A DNA stretch of 64,000 nucleotides from an uncultured Gammaproteobacteria bacterium. Lineage in GTDB: Bacteria; Pseudomonadota; Gammaproteobacteria; GCA-001735895. How positions within the stretch are numbered: the first letter of the stretch is position 1; each line of letters starts with the position of its first letter. This document shows, one piece after another, positions 27,910 through 37,580 of the stretch. The notes beneath the pieces are model-generated. The model was not told the origin of the DNA, did not search any database, and saw only the letters and a program-made list of their open reading frames with translations. The translations under genes were made by a program, and so were the position numbers. The stretch is from contig CALCSG010000217.1 of the NCBI GenBank assembly GCA_937894085.1, positions 2,199 to 66,198 on the forward strand, in the 5' to 3' direction.

Positions 27910-30795
27910 TTAATCCTGCTTAACTGATTCATCGGTATGGATTACTGCTGTGATATCTGCCGCTATTTCAGAGACCGAAATTCTCGCTGCCTTTTCAGTT
28001 CCCGTTACCAGGGCTTCTTCACTGAACACACGTAAACCCAGGTCCGGTCGGTAACCATGTATTTCCTTTACGTCCAGTGCGCGCATGAAATTTAGTATCT
28101 CCTGGCTGACCACCTGGCCCGGCACCAGGATCGGAAACCCCGGTGGATAGGGAATTACAAATCCGGCGCTTACCACCTCACGACCTTTCTGCATTTCCAT
28201 ATCAATGCTGTCATCATCTATACGCATGTAGTCGCACAACAAATCGTCATAGGCCAGAAAATAGGCCATGCGGATATCACCTTCATGAGTGCCAGTAGCT
28301 TTTCCCGGACTGAACATGGCATGAAAATGACTGAAATCAGGCAGTGGCGGTAAATCTATGGTCAGTGAATCAATACGATTCTGTATAATTTTACGTTCAC
28401 GCGGGCTGCTGTCCTTCCATTCATGGTCCAGTTCATTGGCGATCTTGACCAGTACACCGATCAGGTATGCGACTGAACTGCGCGTGGTGCCAATATTGGT
28501 CATGAACAATACTGAGTTGCGTGATGTTTTGTTGATTTGTATACCGTATTTGTCCATCAGGTATTTGTTTTTGAAGGTGTCTCCATCAATACCTGTTTTA
28601 CCGACATACAGGGTAATACGGCTGGGATCAATCACGAAATCATCTACCGTCCAGGCTTCTTCCATGTTCAGATTACGCCAACCGGTCTTCACATCATAAT
28701 AGGAACTGATGCCGGAAGGTCGATAATCATCGGGAATCATCTGACCTGCGGAGAGTACGCTGAAGTATTTATTCAATAAGGGGTGGGTAGTCACCCTTTC
28801 GCGTAGCGACATGGCAAGATCGAGCTGCTTCTGTACCAGCTCATAGCCTTCCAGTTCTACCTGGCGACGCCCCACATCAAGAGAGGCCAGAATCTGATAG
28901 TTAGGAGATGTAGAGGTATGCGTCATGAACGCCTCAGAAAAGGATTCTTCCACCTTGTGGCGAAACTCCTGATCATATACATGGATCATAGAGCCCTGGC
29001 GTAACGAGGTCAGCGTTTTATGGGTGGATTGAGTAGCGTAGACGCGCACCTTAACCAGGTCAGGATCAGGCATCAGTGTTGTTTTTAGCCACAGTTCATC
29101 GTCGTCCTTGTCTTTCAGTTTTTTCAGTGTTTTCTGGAAACCTGCATAGGTTTCCCGATACTTGTCACTAAGAAAACGAGCTTCCAGCGTACGTGCGTTA
29201 TACATCGCGGTGCGTTTTCGATAGGTTGGATGAAACCCGGCGAAGGCGAACCACGCTTCATCCCACAGAAAGATCAGGTCAGGCTTGATGGCCAGACATT
29301 CCATCATGATTTTTTCGACGTTGTACACCACACCATCGAAGGTGCAGTTAGTCAGTAGTAACATCTTGACCCGATCCAGCATGCCAGCGCGTCGATACTC
29401 TAACAGGCGGTGTTTTATTTCATGCAGGGGTACTGCGCCGTACATGGAATATTCACTCAGTGGATAGGAATCAAGATACGACACCTGTGCGCCGGATAGC
29501 ACCATGCCATAGTGATGGGACTTATGACAGTCGCGGTCGACCAGCACGATGTCGCCAGGCTTGATCAGCGCCTGCACCACGATTTTGTTCGAAGTCGACG
29601 TCCCATTCGTAGCAAAATAGCTGCGTTTCGCGCCGAAAGCCCGAGCGGCAAGTTCCTGCGCCCGTTTGATCGGACCATGCGGTTGCAGCAGGGAATCCAG
29701 CCCGCCGGATGTAGCTGATGTTTCTGCCAGAAACACATTCATGCCATAAAATTTCAACATATCACCCACCCACTTGGACTTGGTGAGTGATTTACCGCGT
29801 GAGATGGGCATAGCGTGGAAAACACCTGTCGGCTTGCGGCTGTATTCCTTTAACGCGGAAAAGAACGGCGTTTCGTAACGCGAATTGATGCCGCGCAGGA
29901 TAGCCAGATGCAACTCCAGGTAATCTTCCTGCCGATAAAAAACGCGGCGGAATTTTTCTGTTATATTTCCGGCAATCTCTTCTACTGCTACATCGGTAAC
30001 CAGGTACAGATCCAGTTCCGGGCGTAATTCAGAAATCATCGCGCCCAGCATGGGGCCACGATCGGTATCGGGTAATTCCTCAGCCTCTGATTCATTGATG
30101 CCCGCAAGCAACCGTTGCAGTACTTCCAGGTGATTCTTGGAGCGGAAGGGAAAGCCGTAGCGTATGACACAGGCCTGGATATTATAATTGAACAGAATTG
30201 CAATAAGGGCGTCTTCAAAGGTCGGCACCGAAATCACTTCATAATGGAACTGGTCATCATCACGCCGCATCTCAATCAATCCTTTGCGCAAACGCAACTC
30301 TTCAGCATCCGTCATTTCTTCGACGAATAACACCTCAAAGTAGGGTTTTTGCTGGATAGATTCGTCTTCTGTATATTCCTCTTCCTTGTCGCAGGAACTG
30401 TCGCCGGAGCTGAGACGCTTGATGGAAGAAAATGTCCCGCGTTGATAGGTGTGCGTGGTTATCGCTCGAACCAGGCGTTCAACCATACGACTCAGGGTGG
30501 AATAATCCTCACGTTCCAGAAACTTCCAGAGAGTTCTGAAATCTTCTCGTGAGGGAAAAGCGGTGTAGTATTCGATCGTTTCTAGAATCGTCATCGCATC
30601 ATGCGCTGCTTTTTTAAAACGCGCCACATCGGTTTTTCTTGCGGATCGATCACTCAGTTGTTTGGTATAATGTTCCAGACGATGCCAGGTATCAAATCGT
30701 AATTGACTGGCGCTATGGTAAAAGTCCAGAGACTTTCTAAGAATTTCTTTCGGGCTTTCTAACATATTTGCCTCTTTTGTTGATTGATGTTCCAT
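27910..30795 (-). CDS. Orn/Lys/Arg decarboxylase family (fold-I PLP) enzyme, oversized with N- and C-terminal extensions
   Basis: 961 aa. Blocks FATNGTSTSNKIV, DRDCHKSHHYGM, TQSTHKTLTSLRQGSMIHV (PLP-Lys in S-T-H-K) and AFMTHTSTSPNYQILASLDV match LdcI/SpeF-type decarboxylases almost residue for residue. About 150 extra N-terminal residues. Confidence 0.85.
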   Translation of the reverse strand: MEHQSTKEANMLESPKEILRKSLDFYHSASQLRFDTWHRLEHYTKQLSDRSARKTDVARFKKAAHDAMTILETIEYYTAFPSREDFRTLWKFLEREDYSTLSRMVERLVRAITTHTYQRGTFSSIKRLSSGDSSCDKEEEYTEDESIQQKPYFEVLFVEEMTDAEELRLRKGLIEMRRDDDQFHYEVISVPTFEDALIAILFNYNIQACVIRYGFPFRSKNHLEVLQRLLAGINESEAEELPDTDRGPMLGAMISELRPELDLYLVTDVAVEEIAGNITEKFRRVFYRQEDYLELHLAILRGINSRYETPFFSALKEYSRKPTGVFHAMPISRGKSLTKSKWVGDMLKFYGMNVFLAETSATSGGLDSLLQPHGPIKRAQELAARAFGAKRSYFATNGTSTSNKIVVQALIKPGDIVLVDRDCHKSHHYGMVLSGAQVSYLDSYPLSEYSMYGAVPLHEIKHRLLEYRRAGMLDRVKMLLLTNCTFDGVVYNVEKIMMECLAIKPDLIFLWDEAWFAFAGFHPTYRKRTAMYNARTLEARFLSDKYRETYAGFQKTLKKLKDKDDDELWLKTTLMPDPDLVKVRVYATQSTHKTLTSLRQGSMIHVYDQEFRHKVEESFSEAFMTHTSTSPNYQILASLDVGRRQVELEGYELVQKQLDLAMSLRERVTTHPLLNKYFSVLSAGQMIPDDYRPSGISSYYDVKTGWRNLNMEEAWTVDDFVIDPSRITLYVGKTGIDGDTFKNKYLMDKYGIQINKTSRNSVLFMTNIGTTRSSVAYLIGVLVKIANELDHEWKDSSPRERKIIQNRIDSLTIDLPPLPDFSHFHAMFSPGKATGTHEGDIRMAYFLAYDDLLCDYMRIDDDSIDMEMQKGREVVSAGFVIPYPPGFPILVPGQVVSQEILNFMRALDVKEIHGYRPDLGLRVFSEEALVTGTEKAARISVSEIAADITAVIHTDESVKQD

Positions 30796-30816
30796 GGTTG
30801 CATTATCAAGGCTCGA

Positions 30817-33800
30817 TTACAATTGAGCCGGTACAATGGATTCTGTTTGCCGATAATCTGCAAGGGGTGCTGCACTGACTTCAACAAGATCTTTTCTTAC
30901 AAAACCGAAGAGTTCACGTAGAACAACCGATAGTGTGGTGAAATCCGCTGCTGGTACAGCATTCAACTCGGCGATCAGTTGCACACAGTGCTCAATTTGA
31001 AATCCATGCGCAGCTCTCCAGCTTTCCATTTGATTACTCGATTCATCCTGTAGCGGACTATTTAGCACATCGATACAGATAGACTTCTGCAGATATAACA
31101 GATCATCGCGCAGTGACACGCGAGCAATCGCCTGCCAGCGCGTATTACGTGGCAACTCGCCTATCTTTTCTCTCAGCCAGGGAAGTTGCAGTAAATCACC
31201 CAACCCAAAAAATGTTGTCACCACGCTATCCAGCTCGATATGAGTCTGGATGGAGATCTCCACTAATTCCATCGAAGCGGAAAGGGTATCAAAAATCATA
31301 CTGTGTGCAGCAAGCTGTTCGGGAACGCCGGATTCCAGCAAGTGTCTATATTTCTGGTTGACCTGCGCCTGATGATGAATGAAATCTGACTGCAACAGGG
31401 CGGCGACATACTGTATTCGAGCCTGATATCGCTCCACGTTGAGTTTGATGTGTATCGGGCGCGGCGCATTCTGAATCATCCAGCGCACCGAGCGTTCCAG
31501 CAACTTACGCGTCTCAAACATCATGTTCTTCTGTACATCCCTGTCGCTAATATCCAGACTCTCAATCTGCTTCCACACATTATTTAAGCCAAATATCTCC
31601 CGCACAATGATAAATGAGCGTGTGATATCGCCTTCCGTTGCGCCCGTCTCTTCCTGCATTCTATACATAAAGGTAATGCCTGCTCGATTGACTAAACCGT
31701 TAGCAAGTTCGGTGGCGATAATTTCGCGACGTAAACGATGTCCCATCATCGCGTCCGGGTAAGCACTGCGTAACGCAGTGGGAAAGTAATCGATTAGTGT
31801 CTGCTCCAGGTATGGATCATCAGGAAGGTCAGATGCAATCAGGCCTTTCGACAGACCGATTTTTACATACGCAATCAACACCGACAGTTCCGGTGCTGTC
31901 AGGCCTTCTGACGCACTCAGTCGTTCCTGCATAACCTCATCCGTGGGCAGATATTCCAACGCCCTGTTCAACCCGCCCTGATGTTCCAGTTTACGAATCA
32001 AACGACCATGAGCTTCAAGCATCCTGCGCGAATTAAAACTGGACAGGCTCAGGGCCTGGGTCTGATAAAAATTATTTTTCAGCACCAGAAGCGCGACCTC
32101 ATCCGTCATGCTGGCGAGTAATTCACTACGCTGTTGTAAGGTCATTTCTCCGCTAGACATGACGGTATTCAGCAGTATCTTGATATTGACTTCATGATCA
32201 GAACAATCGACGCCGGCGGAGTTATCGATGGCATCGGTGAAGATGCACCCTTTTTGTTGAGCGAACTCGATACGTCCAGACTGGGTCAGTCCCAGATTTC
32301 CACCCTCTGCCACTACCCTGCAACGTAATTGATTGCCGTTGATGCGTAACGCTTCATTGCTGCGGTCGCCCACATCTGCATGTTGCTCATGCGATGCCTT
32401 GACATAGGTGCCAATGCCGCCATTCCACAGCAGATCAACCCTGGCTTTTAACAGCAGCTGTATGAGTTCAACAGGGGTCAGCCGGGTCACGCTGATTTGC
32501 AGTCGATGAGCCATCTCTTCACTGAGCTGTATCGACTTCGAACTGCGCGCAAAGATACCGCCGCCCTGAGAAATAATCGACCTGTTATAATCTTCCCAGC
32601 CTGAGCGAGGCAGATTGAATAGCCGCTCGCGCTCAGCATAAGACTGTTCACAATCTGGGTTGGGATCGAGAAATATATGCTGATGATTGAAGGCGCCAAT
32701 CAGCTCAATGTTGCGCGATAGTAACAGCCCATTGCCGAACACATCACCACTCATATCGCCAATACCGACGACCGTGAAGGGATTATTATCTATATCCATC
32801 GACAGATCTTTGAAATGTCGCTTAACCGACTCCCAGGCGCCGCGTGCAGTAATGCCCATGCCCTTATGATCATAGCCTACAGAACCGCCTGATGCGAAAG
32901 CGTCGCCCAGCCAGAATTGATAGGAAGCAGCGACCTCGTTGGCGATATCAGAAAAAGTTGCAGTGCCTTTATCAGCTGCCACAACCAGGTAAGGGTCATC
33001 TCCATCATGACGAAAAACCCGCTCTGGCGGAACGGGTACACCATCAACCAGGTTGTCAGTAATATCCAGCAATCCGCTGATGAAGGTCCGGTAACAATTG
33101 ATGCCTTCAGCAAGAATCTGATCGCGTGTTCCCTGCACGGGCAACTGTTTTGTCAGGAAGCCGCCCTTGGATCCACCTGGAACAATTACCGAGTTTTTCA
33201 CCATCTGTGCCTTGACCAGCCCCAGCACCTCGGTGCGAAAATCCTCCTGCCGATCAGACCAGCGTAATCCGCCGCGCGCTATTTTGTCGCCGCGTAAATG
33301 CACACCTTCCACACGTGGGGAATAAACAAATATTTCATATTTAGGCCTGGGTTCAGGCATGTCTGGCACGCGAGCAGAATCGAATTTAATCGACAGGTAA
33401 TCATGTTGTCCACCCTCCCTGTTTAACTGGAAATAATTGGTGCGCAGGCTGGCCGAGATTGCGCCCATAAAACGCCGGATAATACGGTCTTCATCAAGAC
33501 TTTCTACCTGCTCCAGAAGTTGAATAATCTGCGCCTCCAGCTGTGCATTACGTTCTTCACGCGAGCCCGTGAAATCCGGGTCAAAGCGCGTCTCAAACTG
33601 CTGAATCAATATTGCAGCAATGTGCGCATTTCCTACCATCGCCTGGATCATATAGTCGTGACTGAAGGTGCCACGCACCTGGCGAAGGTAATGCGAATAG
33701 GCGCGTAAAATATCGACCCGACGCCAGTCAATAATGGCGCGTAGAATAAGCCTGTTGAATCCATCGTTAGAGGATTCACCCTGAAATATACGTTTAAAGG

Positions 33801-35721
33801 CATCCTCAAAAAAACTTTTAACCTGCTCCAGCTGCAACTCCTGTTCGGTATGCTGCAGGCCGAAGTCATGAATCCACACAGTCTCCCCACTTTTCAGCCT
33901 GATCCTGCTGGAATGTTCATCTATGACCTTCAGGCCCATATTCTCCAGCATGGGCAGGGCTTCTGACAACGCCACAGCTACTCCGAAACTGAACAACTTG
34001 AAGCGTAACAAATTGTCAGGAGAGTCTTCCTTACGCAACAGCTCCATCGAAATATCGCCTGGCTTTTGCAGAGCCGCGATATGTTTTATATCCTGCACCG
34101 CTTCCTCAGGCGAATAGGATTCACGGTAATCCGCCCGAAACCCTTCTCCGTAAAGTCGAAACAATTGAATACCCTGTTCTTCTCCATGAGTTCCAATCAG
34201 CGCATTGCGCATCAGGTCTCGCCACGGCTGTGAGACGGCGACAATGTCGGATTCTATGTTTTTTATATCGAATAACTTGATCGCGTCCGATGAGATATGT
34301 ATTAGAAAGTTTACTCTCGCCAGCAGCGCTTCATTGATCTGCACACTAAAGTTTACCGTTTCACCACCCAGCGCCTGTTCGAGAATTCGACCGATACTCT
34401 GCCGCACCTCGGTATTAAAATGGTCGCGCGGTATAAATACCAGGCAATTATAAAAACGGCGATAGGGATCCTTACGAATAAAAATCCTGGTTTCCTGCCT
34501 TTCCTGCAGTTGCATGATGCCAATAGAGGCCTCAAGCAATTCATCCTCGCTGATCTGAAACAACTCATTGCGAGGGTAATTCTCCAGAACACTCAGCAGG
34601 TTGCGTTCTGCATAGCTGTTTTGATGCAGACCGCTGCGTCTTAATACATTTTCCACCTTGCGGCGCAACAGCGGAATATGATGCGTGTCACTGGTATAGG
34701 CCGATGAGGTATATAAGCCCAGAAAGCGGTGCACTCCGGTCACTTCACCCTCGGTATTGAATGTTTTAATGCCAATGTAATCCATATAACCGGGTCGATG
34801 CACCCTGGATGCTGAACCGGACCGGGTTAGCACAAGCAGCTCGGGCACACGCGCCAGACGGCGAATATCAGCTGGCAGGGAAGCAAAACTGCGGCACAGC
34901 TGTTCACCGTCATCACTCTCTTCCTTGCGCAATATGCCAAGTGAAGTTCCCGGAATTATATTTAACTGGTCTTCACCATCTAAATTGACCAGGCTGTGTT
35001 GACGATAACCCAGGAACACGAAATTTCCTTCCAGCAGCCATTGCAGGTAGGCAAAATTTTCATTTAATTCATCATTTTCAAGCGGCAGCGCCTGGCTTTT
35101 TGCCTGCGAGAGAACTTCAGATAATCTGACACGCATAGCTGCAAAATCTGCTACCGCGGTTTTCACATCAAGCAGGGCCTGTTCGATCCGCTTATGGATT
35201 TGGGTAAGCGACTCCTCATCATTTTGTCGATCAATCTGGAAATGCATAAAGGATTCATCAACCAGATGTTTTTTAGCTGACCGCGGTGCACCGGCCGTTT
35301 TGAAATGTCCTTCCTCTCCACGCTGTACATGCATCACGGGATGGATCGATAGATGAATGGATGAACCGTCCTGATTGATCGCCATACGTACGGAATCGAC
35401 CAGAAAAGGCGTATCGTCGGTGATAATGTCAATCACTGTATGCGCCGATTCCCACCCATCCCGCTCCAAAACAGGGTTATAAACACGTATCAGCGCATCG
35501 CTACCGGGTAACCGTTGCTTCGCAATATTCCAGTGCGCCAACAGCAAAGCGTATACATCTTCTATGGTGGCTTCTTCCAGGTAGTCGGCTGAAATGCCCG
35601 CAAGATAAAGTCTGACAAAGGACTCCAGATCGTTTGCCTGACCCGGTAAACGATCATGCAAAAGCTTAGACATTTTAGTTATATAGCCATCCAGGGAAAC
35701 GGGCATCTGCATCATCCTCAT
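30817..35721 (-). CDS. gdhB: NAD-specific glutamate dehydrogenase, large (~180 kDa) GdhB type
   Basis: 1634 aa. Length and sequence are characteristic of the bacterial giant NAD-GDH family (Bac_GDH). Confidence 0.9.
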   Translation of the reverse strand: MRMMQMPVSLDGYITKMSKLLHDRLPGQANDLESFVRLYLAGISADYLEEATIEDVYALLLAHWNIAKQRLPGSDALIRVYNPVLERDGWESAHTVIDIITDDTPFLVDSVRMAINQDGSSIHLSIHPVMHVQRGEEGHFKTAGAPRSAKKHLVDESFMHFQIDRQNDEESLTQIHKRIEQALLDVKTAVADFAAMRVRLSEVLSQAKSQALPLENDELNENFAYLQWLLEGNFVFLGYRQHSLVNLDGEDQLNIIPGTSLGILRKEESDDGEQLCRSFASLPADIRRLARVPELLVLTRSGSASRVHRPGYMDYIGIKTFNTEGEVTGVHRFLGLYTSSAYTSDTHHIPLLRRKVENVLRRSGLHQNSYAERNLLSVLENYPRNELFQISEDELLEASIGIMQLQERQETRIFIRKDPYRRFYNCLVFIPRDHFNTEVRQSIGRILEQALGGETVNFSVQINEALLARVNFLIHISSDAIKLFDIKNIESDIVAVSQPWRDLMRNALIGTHGEEQGIQLFRLYGEGFRADYRESYSPEEAVQDIKHIAALQKPGDISMELLRKEDSPDNLLRFKLFSFGVAVALSEALPMLENMGLKVIDEHSSRIRLKSGETVWIHDFGLQHTEQELQLEQVKSFFEDAFKRIFQGESSNDGFNRLILRAIIDWRRVDILRAYSHYLRQVRGTFSHDYMIQAMVGNAHIAAILIQQFETRFDPDFTGSREERNAQLEAQIIQLLEQVESLDEDRIIRRFMGAISASLRTNYFQLNREGGQHDYLSIKFDSARVPDMPEPRPKYEIFVYSPRVEGVHLRGDKIARGGLRWSDRQEDFRTEVLGLVKAQMVKNSVIVPGGSKGGFLTKQLPVQGTRDQILAEGINCYRTFISGLLDITDNLVDGVPVPPERVFRHDGDDPYLVVAADKGTATFSDIANEVAASYQFWLGDAFASGGSVGYDHKGMGITARGAWESVKRHFKDLSMDIDNNPFTVVGIGDMSGDVFGNGLLLSRNIELIGAFNHQHIFLDPNPDCEQSYAERERLFNLPRSGWEDYNRSIISQGGGIFARSSKSIQLSEEMAHRLQISVTRLTPVELIQLLLKARVDLLWNGGIGTYVKASHEQHADVGDRSNEALRINGNQLRCRVVAEGGNLGLTQSGRIEFAQQKGCIFTDAIDNSAGVDCSDHEVNIKILLNTVMSSGEMTLQQRSELLASMTDEVALLVLKNNFYQTQALSLSSFNSRRMLEAHGRLIRKLEHQGGLNRALEYLPTDEVMQERLSASEGLTAPELSVLIAYVKIGLSKGLIASDLPDDPYLEQTLIDYFPTALRSAYPDAMMGHRLRREIIATELANGLVNRAGITFMYRMQEETGATEGDITRSFIIVREIFGLNNVWKQIESLDISDRDVQKNMMFETRKLLERSVRWMIQNAPRPIHIKLNVERYQARIQYVAALLQSDFIHHQAQVNQKYRHLLESGVPEQLAAHSMIFDTLSASMELVEISIQTHIELDSVVTTFFGLGDLLQLPWLREKIGELPRNTRWQAIARVSLRDDLLYLQKSICIDVLNSPLQDESSNQMESWRAAHGFQIEHCVQLIAELNAVPAADFTTLSVVLRELFGFVRKDLVEVSAAPLADYRQTESIVPAQL

Positions 35722-36128
35722 ATTTTCATTTTGTCCCTTTTCAGGGAGTGTGACTCAATTTTTTATAATGTAGAATCCACAACGGGACTGGAGTTCTGCG
35801 TACTGTAAGCAGGTTCATGTCCAGGCAATTAGACGACTGCCTGTTAAACACCTTTTAGTACTGAGTGTTCCCATGACTTAATCTAAATAGTTTTACCGGA
35901 ATTCTCTGTTCCAGTTTAAATTACATCTAATACTTGCGGTAACGCTTAGATATGTAAATACTATGTTTTGAATGCTTGCTTGACGAAAACCGCAAGTAAT
36001 GAGATTTTCAGTAAATACTGAATTAATAAATCTGCCTGCCTGGCCATGATCCTTGATGACCCGCTCAGGACGAAAATCATCAGACCCTGGATTTGATTTC
36101 CGGGAGAACTGAAAAAAGAGAATAAGCA

Positions 36129-37037
36129 ATGATACTCGGTCAACTCAACGATATAGATGTGAAGTTATTACGCGTGTTTCGCCAGATTGTGGAATGCGGC
36201 GGCATGACTGCTGCGGAGCTGGAATTAAATATTAGTCGCTCTGTCATCAGCAGGCAGTTAAAAGACCTGGAGATACGACTGGGAGGGCTTCGTCTGTGTC
36301 AACGAGGTCGCGCCGGATTTGCACTGACCGATGAAGGGCAGCATGTGTATGATTCGATCATCAAGTTACAGACCGCGATGGACTCGTTCCGCGCCGAGGT
36401 CAACGACCTGCATCAAAAAATGACCGGTAACCTGGTGATTGCTCTGGGTGATCTCACCATGACAAATCCGCATGCGCGTATCTCACAGGCAATACAGAAA
36501 TTCAATCAAATTGCACCTGATGTCTCGCTGGAATTACATGCCCAGTCACTGAATGCCATTGAGTCGAGTATCATCGATGGAGCTTATCACATAGGGATCG
36601 TACCTCTGCACCGAAATTCCAGTAGCCTGGATTATCACCCCTTATTTAGTGAAAAGATGCATATATACTGCGCCCGCTCTCATCCACTGTTTGATGCTGA
36701 CCACAGCAAGCTGGACTGGGATGATATAAAACATTACCCATTTGCCGGGCTGGGCTATCATTCGCCCAATATGGAATTAACGCACGAAAAGGGGCTAAAG
36801 CGCAGTGCAACAGCATATGATCAGGAGTCCATCGCCACCCTGATTAGCTCGGGAATTTATATCGGTTTTTTACCCGATCATTATGCGGATATTTTTGTCG
36901 CGGATAGTCACATGCAGCGCATTGAGAATGAAACTTTTGAATACGACGTACAGTATTCCGCCATTATCCGGCGCGCACCTGTTTCATCGCGTAGCGTACA
37001 TGTACTGATGCAATGTCTGGTGGAAGCTCACCAATAA
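36129..37037 (+). CDS. LysR-family transcriptional regulator, divergent from the gdhB operon
   Basis: 302 aa. N-terminal wHTH (LLRVFRQIVECGGMTAAELELNISRSVISRQLKDLE) plus a LysR substrate-binding domain. Confidence 0.85.
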   Translation: MILGQLNDIDVKLLRVFRQIVECGGMTAAELELNISRSVISRQLKDLEIRLGGLRLCQRGRAGFALTDEGQHVYDSIIKLQTAMDSFRAEVNDLHQKMTGNLVIALGDLTMTNPHARISQAIQKFNQIAPDVSLELHAQSLNAIESSIIDGAYHIGIVPLHRNSSSLDYHPLFSEKMHIYCARSHPLFDADHSKLDWDDIKHYPFAGLGYHSPNMELTHEKGLKRSATAYDQESIATLISSGIYIGFLPDHYADIFVADSHMQRIENETFEYDVQYSAIIRRAPVSSRSVHVLMQCLVEAHQ

Positions 37038-37314
37038 ATATTTATCCGCACAAATCGAATCAATTCGTTTCAATGCATGAACAGTTTATCTATTCCAGGT
37101 ATTCTACTGCCGAAGCGATTACGGACTCTGCTACTGACAGCTGTTAGCTAACATTTATATTCCTGTTAAATTTGGATCAATTAACCGCTAATGCGGGGAA
37201 GCCCGAACAGGAATCCTGATATTTCCTGTCTTCCCGGACAATCCCGCCATCCAGCGGCGGGATATAAATCCACTTAACTAACAGCCCTGTTCCAGACAAT
37301 CTCCAGTGTCAAGT

Positions 37315-37566
37315 TCACTTCATGTGTTTTAGCAATTTCAGTCCTTTTCTACGCTGAGCCACAATGACTTCAATTTCTTTCTTATCACTTTTGTTTGTCC
37401 CTTTTTCCTTTGCAGCTTCCAGCTTTTTACAAAGTTCCTTCTGCTTGGCCTTGAGTAATTTCAGCACCTTCTTAAGGTACTTTTTTTTCCCTTGCTGCTT
37501 TTTTTTAGATTCATCAAAAAAATCATTGATGGCCGTCAATAGCTTATTGGTCTTTATTTTTTTCAT
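37315..37566 (-). CDS. Small lysine-rich basic protein (hypothetical)
   Basis: 83-aa ORF, about 35% Lys with a coiled-coil-like repeat pattern. Sits 14 bp downstream of the Na/Pi cotransporter gene on the same strand. Confidence 0.35.
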   Translation of the reverse strand: MKKIKTNKLLTAINDFFDESKKKQQGKKKYLKKVLKLLKAKQKELCKKLEAAKEKGTNKSDKKEIEVIVAQRRKGLKLLKHMK

Positions 37567-37580
37567 CTAAGAGTTATCCT

